Source of the DNA: Botryllus schlosseri
Lineage: Eukaryota
NCBI GenBank assembly: GCA_051294905.1
Contig: CM119386.1
Coordinates: forward strand, 15,252,001-15,316,000
Direction of reading: 5' to 3'
Length of the DNA: 64,000 bases
Part shown: positions 62,401 through 64,000 of the stretch, piece after piece
How positions within the stretch are numbered: the stretch's first letter is position 1
Layout of the letters: the number at the start of each line of letters is the position of its first letter
The notes under the pieces: generated by a model
The model's input: only the letters and a program-made list of their open reading frames with translations
What the model was told of the DNA's origin: nothing
Databases searched by the model: none
Translations under genes and position numbers: made by a program

Positions 62401-63700
62401 ATTTGTCGCTCAAATGAATATGTTCATCGCTTCAAATCTTCTTGTGTGGTTGAACGAATATTCAACAGATATTCAAATTTAGGAAATGTGACATCACCTA
62501 ATAGATTAGTCAGGTCAATGGCCGATACCAAGTATAAAGGAAAGGACGAAGTTTATTTTGGTCCTTGATGTTTTTTGCGGCATATACACTGACTCATGAT
62601 ATACACACGATCTAAGCATATGCATACCATGAGTGGGGGAAGCGAGTGGCGCAGTTGGTTAAGCGCCAGCGTCACGACACCAATGGTAGTGGTTCGAATC
62701 CCGATTCGGACCAACTTCTATGTGTCGGAGGTTTCTCTGGGCTCCTCATCGCCGACCTCACTGCAGTTGCAGTGTATTGAAAAGCCCAGACTGAAAGTGA
62801 GCCGTGCTACAAGTCGGCAGCAAAGACCACGAAGGGGACGCATGGGTGCGAGAGAGACTGACATCTGAATGAGCGAAAAAGTGAAGAAGTCGTCCCCAAG
62901 ATTACCAAAGACGAAGATATATGAACATTACAAAAATTACTGTCGTGGTGCACATAACCTGGAAAAGGCGAGAAGCACCACTGTAAAATGCCAATAATAA
63001 TAATAATAACCATGAGTGCTTGATGTACATATGCCGTTGGACAAGGAAGGTGCAGATATAGCCTTGTATGGCTCTATAAGTCTTGTACCACCCCTCCATG
63101 CTATCCCAGTAATGCATGAGCGCCAAGCAGGGAAGCCATGGATACCAGTGTTACTAATCAAGTCTTTGGTCTGACCCGACCGGGGATCAAACCCACGACC
63201 TACCGATCAAGAAGCCGGACTATTCACCATTACGCTATCTTGTCGGTTTCTATTCTAGTATTCTATTCACTGCACTTGGTCTTTATGGGATTCAAGTGGG
63301 AGAATATAATCAATGTGGAAAACCAACAGCAATATATGTGCCTCACTAGAATTGTCCTATTTTGTTTTAGCATCACTTTTAACCAGTGTATTATTTGTAA
63401 AGTGGTCTTCTATACAAGCATGAAATCTTGCTATCACCGCCTTCTGATTGCAATACTGTGAAAATACAAGCAATTACTATAATTGATATATACTTGAATG
63501 GCAGGTCAAGGTTCAGCCTGAGAAGAAACTGCAAGAATTTCTTGAGAAATACCTGAAGCTTGCGTCTGGCAGAAGTCAAATTATTCCATCGGAAGTGGAA
63601 ATTGCCCATGTCCTATCCTTGTACCAAAGACTTACTTGGCACAAGGCAGTCATTTTTGTGAAACAAGGCTTGGACCCGTACAAGGAAGCACTGTGTGCAA
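8309..63700 (+). CDS. RNF213: RNF213/mysterin-like giant AAA+ ATPase / E3 ubiquitin ligase, multi-exon, 3' end beyond the window
   Basis: Hand-traced GT-AG exons with matching phases: 8309-8496, 8810-8968, 9054-9176, 9364-9511, 9574-9673, 10801-10870, 11674-11772, 12536-12646, 13336-13386, 13834-13938, 17308-17376, 17484-17579, 17824-17941, 20324-20472, 20625-20884, 24423-24679, 24994-25236, 26183-26384, 26613-26713, 27169-27322, 27496-27597, 27797-27895, 28394-28540, 28628-28826, 30908-31089, 31365-31503, 31648-31814, 32459-32609, 32697-32807, 32929-33080, 33345-33501, 34110-34462, 34952-35144, 35463-35664, 36310-36435, 36583-36709, 36908-37028, 38115-38156, 38372-38569, 39220-39395, 39460-39751, 39828-39997, 40820-40973, 41136-41320, 42062-42199, 42364-42580, 43562-44343, 44793-45313, 46100-46610, 46914-47084, 49227-49910, 50440-53817, 54439-55271, 55768-55915, 56234-56406, 57260-57420, 57610-57703, 58441-58555, 58952-59151, 59579-59747, 59855-59899, 62106-62183, 62254-62370, 63505-63700. 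RNF213 hallmark peptides: DLAMISAG, GSVEKSSL, QPNLLIC, DPSWAQLRHF, GETGCGKT, FFDEAN, VSLRDVER, GKPGSSKS, LDEIGLAEDSP, ISNWALDPAKMNRG, YDALNQ, RING, RZ finger. Family identity is secure. Exons 5' of 17824 and orthology versus paralogy are less certain. Confidence 0.9.
9054..9673 (+). CDS. Three exons (9054-9176, 9364-9511, 9574-9673) encoding a death-domain (DD)-like segment
   Basis: Spliced peptide ...CIDKLCNAISDPDFPLDQAVLNLITFVVIFQKKEWLFIIKKWDENGFASFEDLKAVVKNPPKGDWFQAVLLQAF. The L..W...G.A...L..(V/L) pattern is typical of the DD C-terminal half. Splice sites are canonical and phases run 1/2/0 consistently. Confidence 0.5.
10801..17579 (+). CDS. Low-complexity K/S/N/E-rich linker encoded by seven small exons
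   Basis: Exons 10801-10870 (phase 0-1) and 11674-11772, 12536-12646, 13336-13386, 13834-13938, 17308-17376, 17484-17579 (all phase 1-1, lengths divisible by 3). All have AG/GT ends and are stop-free in frame. Confidence 0.6.
14065..16448 (+). mobile_element. hAT-superfamily (hATm-like) element, internally deleted, 2,384 bp, intronic
   Basis: Long TIRs starting TAGGGTTGTT(C/T)AAAATTTGGAAAATG, over 150 bp. 8-bp TSD ATAGGTAC/ATATGTAC. Confidence 0.85.
14515..15760 (+). pseudogene. Broken hATm-like transposase
   Basis: N-terminal TRSKS...LVG..CDYICGSRLPTIREVM and C-terminal PGATHHARWM...WYIVEE...VKVVNDAAERGVKL...LTDNEQ motifs. Frameshifts are present and the central catalytic region is missing (junction about 14950-14970). 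Confidence 0.75.
16497..17196 (+). mobile_element. 5'-truncated Penelope-like retroelement (PLE) with an inverted partial pseudo-LTR
   Basis: GIY-YIG C-terminal half at 16598-16921 (ERIKQHIP...SSIGQHLSEN..CA..Y....F..IA......LKVLES..I....PILCRQK). 16532-16600 is the reverse complement of about 17131-17200. Direct repeat CTATGAACAAATGTGT at 16481-16496 and 17197-17212. Confidence 0.85.
17122..17158 (+). ncRNA. Minimal type I hammerhead ribozyme motif (U3-A8 variant) in the PLE pseudo-LTR
   Basis: AACUC-UUGAAAA-G(AGGCACC)C-GAAA-A(GUC)U-UC-GAGUU. Helix I AACUC/GAGUU, core UUGAAAA...GAAA, cleavage triplet UUC. AATAAA follows at 17160. Confidence 0.65.
17824..20884 (+). CDS. RNF213: RNF213 N-arm-like exons (17824-17941, 20324-20472, 20625-20884)
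   Basis: FLEIRVVIS...; FLYKYCYRDGKSCKYEEFRWSGTQNRSINI resembles the RNF213 YKY...E...NR.L.I motif. Phases 1-2, 2-1, 1-0 are consistent. Confidence 0.7.
21440..21812 (+). pseudogene. Degenerate 28S rRNA fragments (two non-adjacent pieces joined)
   Basis: tgtagcaaatat..aatgaga..tttgaa, gtagttgaacatgggtcgg, gggaatc...gttaatatccccga and gcaacgcaac match conserved LSU blocks (21440-21737). cccagtgctctga..gtc...agtgaagaaat.caa...ataaacggcgggagtaa (21743-21812) matches a block further 3'. Many substitutions are present; compared from memory. Confidence 0.75.
22378..23246. mobile_element. Nested hAT-type MITE (869 bp)
   Basis: TIR CAGTGTTGGGAT...ATCCCAACACTG. Perfect TSD TTACGTGC (22370-22377, 23247-23254). 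GACTTGACT/GACTCGAGTC arrays. Confidence 0.92.
25510..25760 (-). pseudogene. hAT transposase C-terminal dimerisation-domain remnant
   Basis: YIKKRMIKNGDVDNIVSMKQHGVSPAVYA/[frameshift]/LQCCQPTNAAVERSFSIRGQLLSKDRHFLPEN..KY...YYN, containing the hATC-type ERSFS motif. Confidence 0.75.
29065..30705 (-). mobile_element. Charlie/Buster-type hAT deletion derivative (1,641 bp), intronic
   Basis: TIR CAGTGGTTCTCAAC...GTTGAGAACCACTG. Perfect TSD CTCTACAT (29057-29064, 30706-30713). Minus-strand transposase remnant SYVVSEVIGDNSKPHTEAEKVLLPAC...IPMSNDTIRRYISEMS at about 29280-29470. Confidence 0.92.
33559..33589. repeat. (GA)n microsatellite
   Basis: gagagagaaagagagagagagagcgagagag. Confidence 0.8.
37155..38037. 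mobile_element. Tc1/mariner(pogo)-type MITE
   Basis: TA|CCGTAATTTTCCATGTATA...TATACTTGGAAAATGATGG|TA. GGGTGCGTATTATACATGG subterminal repeats. Confidence 0.75.
38372..38569 (+). CDS. Phase 1-1 exon with a UBA-like three-helix signature
   Basis: AVWKLESKERLSTRVAKAAVQAEGYLDHEKCIEWVLLNEGDDDLV. Acceptor tgtag ends at 38371; donor G|gtctgt follows 38569. Confidence 0.45.
40016..40035. repeat. (GA)n microsatellite
   Basis: About 10 GA units directly after exon 39828-39997. Confidence 0.85.
40820..41320 (+). CDS. RNF213: AAA module exons with an intron-split Walker A-like motif (SSRSGV-G|KSL)
   Basis: Exon 40820-40973 ends VSSSRSGV+G; exon 41136-41320 begins GA AAA TCT CTC (GKSL). Confidence 0.85.
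42736..43310. mobile_element. Second, left-truncated copy of the 37155-38037 MITE
   Basis: Colinear with about 37365-38037 (gtgttgccaatt, ctcctgctgagtt.gtttgccgttt, gcaagatgt.g.gtcgctggcctgaactatcgc). Ends TATACTTGGAAAATTACGG|TA. Confidence 0.8.
43562..47084 (+). CDS. RNF213: AAA+ core exons with both catalytic-type ATPase motifs
   Basis: Walker A GETGCGKT at 44212-44235, Walker B FFDE at 44868-44879, Walker A GKPGSSKS at 46512-46535, Walker B LDE at 47037-47045. Confidence 0.95.
47939..49157. mobile_element. Non-autonomous hAT-type element (1,219 bp), intronic
   Basis: TIR CAGGGCTTTGGAGC...GCTCCAAAGCCCTG. Perfect TSD CCTTAAAC (47931-47938, 49158-49165). GGAGC(C/T)GGAG subterminal repeats. 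Confidence 0.93.
48352..49004. mobile_element. Nested hAT (Charlie-like) MITE (653 bp)
   Basis: CAGGAATGGCCAAC...GCGGGCCACCCCTG (degenerate TIR). Perfect TSD ATATAGAC (48344-48351, 49005-49012). Confidence 0.85.
49227..49910 (+). CDS. RNF213: AAA+ core exon (ISNWALDPAKMNRG; YYGLRDYYSLMK)
   Basis: 684-bp phase 0-0 exon, gttcag acceptor, AAG|gtgagc donor. Confidence 0.95.
50440..53817 (+). CDS. RNF213: 3,378-bp exon: distal AAA modules, E3 back/shell and C3HC4 RING (52942-53064)
   Basis: 1,126 open codons. RING CRIC...PVVLPCAHFFCESC...QCGSC. Donor AAG|gtaatt follows 53817. Confidence 0.95.
54439..55271 (+). CDS. RNF213: E3 core exon with the RZ finger (about 54970-55110)
   Basis: MYTCPNGHLYSIGDCTQPVQGASCPTCKEKIGG matches the RZ pattern CPNGHxxxxGxCxxP...CxxCxxxIGG. 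Confidence 0.93.
55768..63700 (+). CDS. RNF213: C-terminal E3/CTD exons (11 small exons)
   Basis: RNF213-like peptides: RREWEQTF, VKYLKDILTLQQ, VLPSLRGRGQCA, QYNVEALEKQ, ICEAVRTL..AISFL, HVLSLYQRL...DPY. Phases are consistent. Confidence 0.8.
57775..58094 (-). mobile_element. tRNA-derived SINE
   Basis: Minus strand: A box TAGCGTAGTGG and B-box-like GAGTTCGATTC, then the ggaggttattctgggctcctc core shared with 5172 and 62725. Confidence 0.7.
60369..61985. mobile_element. Non-autonomous hAT (Charlie/Buster-like) element (1,617 bp), intronic
   Basis: TIR CAGTGCTTTTCAACCT...AGGTTGAAAAGCACTG. Perfect TSD CGCTATAC (60361-60368, 61986-61993). TTCATTCGCAC subterminal repeats. Confidence 0.93.
62636..63009 (+). 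mobile_element. tRNA-derived SINE with an (AAT)n tail
   Basis: A box TGGCGCAGTTGG, B box GGTTCGAATCC, then the gtcggaggtttctctgggctcctc core. (AAT)n at 62993-63009. No tRNA 3' acceptor stem, so not a tRNA gene. Confidence 0.8.
63010..63247 (-). mobile_element. Second tRNA-derived SINE, opposite orientation, with a Meta-domain-like core
   Basis: Minus strand: TAGCGTAATGG...GGTTTGATCCC, then GGTCGGGTCAGACCAAAGACT...TGGTATCCATGGCTTCCCTGCTTGGCGCTCA, similar from memory to a widely conserved animal SINE central domain. Confidence 0.7.
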
Positions 63701-64000
63701 GTAAGTCAAGCCTGTGCTGTTATTGTAAGCTTCCTCGCAAATATGTGGAGATACTCCTAAATTTATTTCAATATGAATTTATTATTCAATTGTATATCAC
63801 AAATATGTATTAACATAAGGAAAAGTTTCATGGAAATTTAATATAACTGTCATCCGTATTTGGTTTACATAAAGTCACCATACCATCTCTATTGTATTAT
63901 TATCCTCATTATGATTTTTCATTGATGTAACAATCAGGGTTGTAATGACTCAACTCGAGTCATTACAACCCTGATTTTTTGGTGACTCAATTTTTGTAAT

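Noticed and set aside
62636-62712. Possible tRNA gene (A and B boxes)
   Set aside because: No matching 3' acceptor stem, and it continues into a body shared with other dispersed copies, so it is a SINE head.
1-64000. Prokaryotic features (operons, CRISPR, defence islands) and a species assignment
   Set aside because: Spliceosomal introns and metazoan transposons show this is animal DNA. The species cannot be determined from the sequence alone.

Overview
This is AT-rich eukaryotic (invertebrate-like) DNA with GT-AG introns, so most entries in the six-frame ORF track are spurious or are exon fragments. From about 8.3 kb to beyond the window end, one + strand gene encodes an RNF213/mysterin-like AAA+ ATPase-E3 ligase. 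I traced 64 coding exons by hand, checking splice phases (about 15.5 kb of CDS, about 5,150 codons; the 3' end is outside the window). The AAA Walker motifs, a C3HC4 RING and the RZ finger are present. The main surprise is at the 5' end, where exons with a death-effector-domain (DED)-like sequence and a death-domain (DD)-like sequence, a FADD-like pair, are joined in phase to the RNF213 exons through a low-complexity linker. One or two apparent 1-bp frameshifts there are unresolved. The first 7.3 kb and many introns are filled with non-autonomous DNA transposons: about 10 hAT-type elements with 8-bp TSDs (several nested), a Kolobok-like TTAA element, a Mutator-like foldback and a Tc1/mariner-type MITE. 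There are also tRNA-derived SINEs, a truncated Penelope-like retroelement with a minimal hammerhead ribozyme motif, and decayed 28S rDNA fragments inside a hAT element. All calls come from reading the sequence; no database searches were run.
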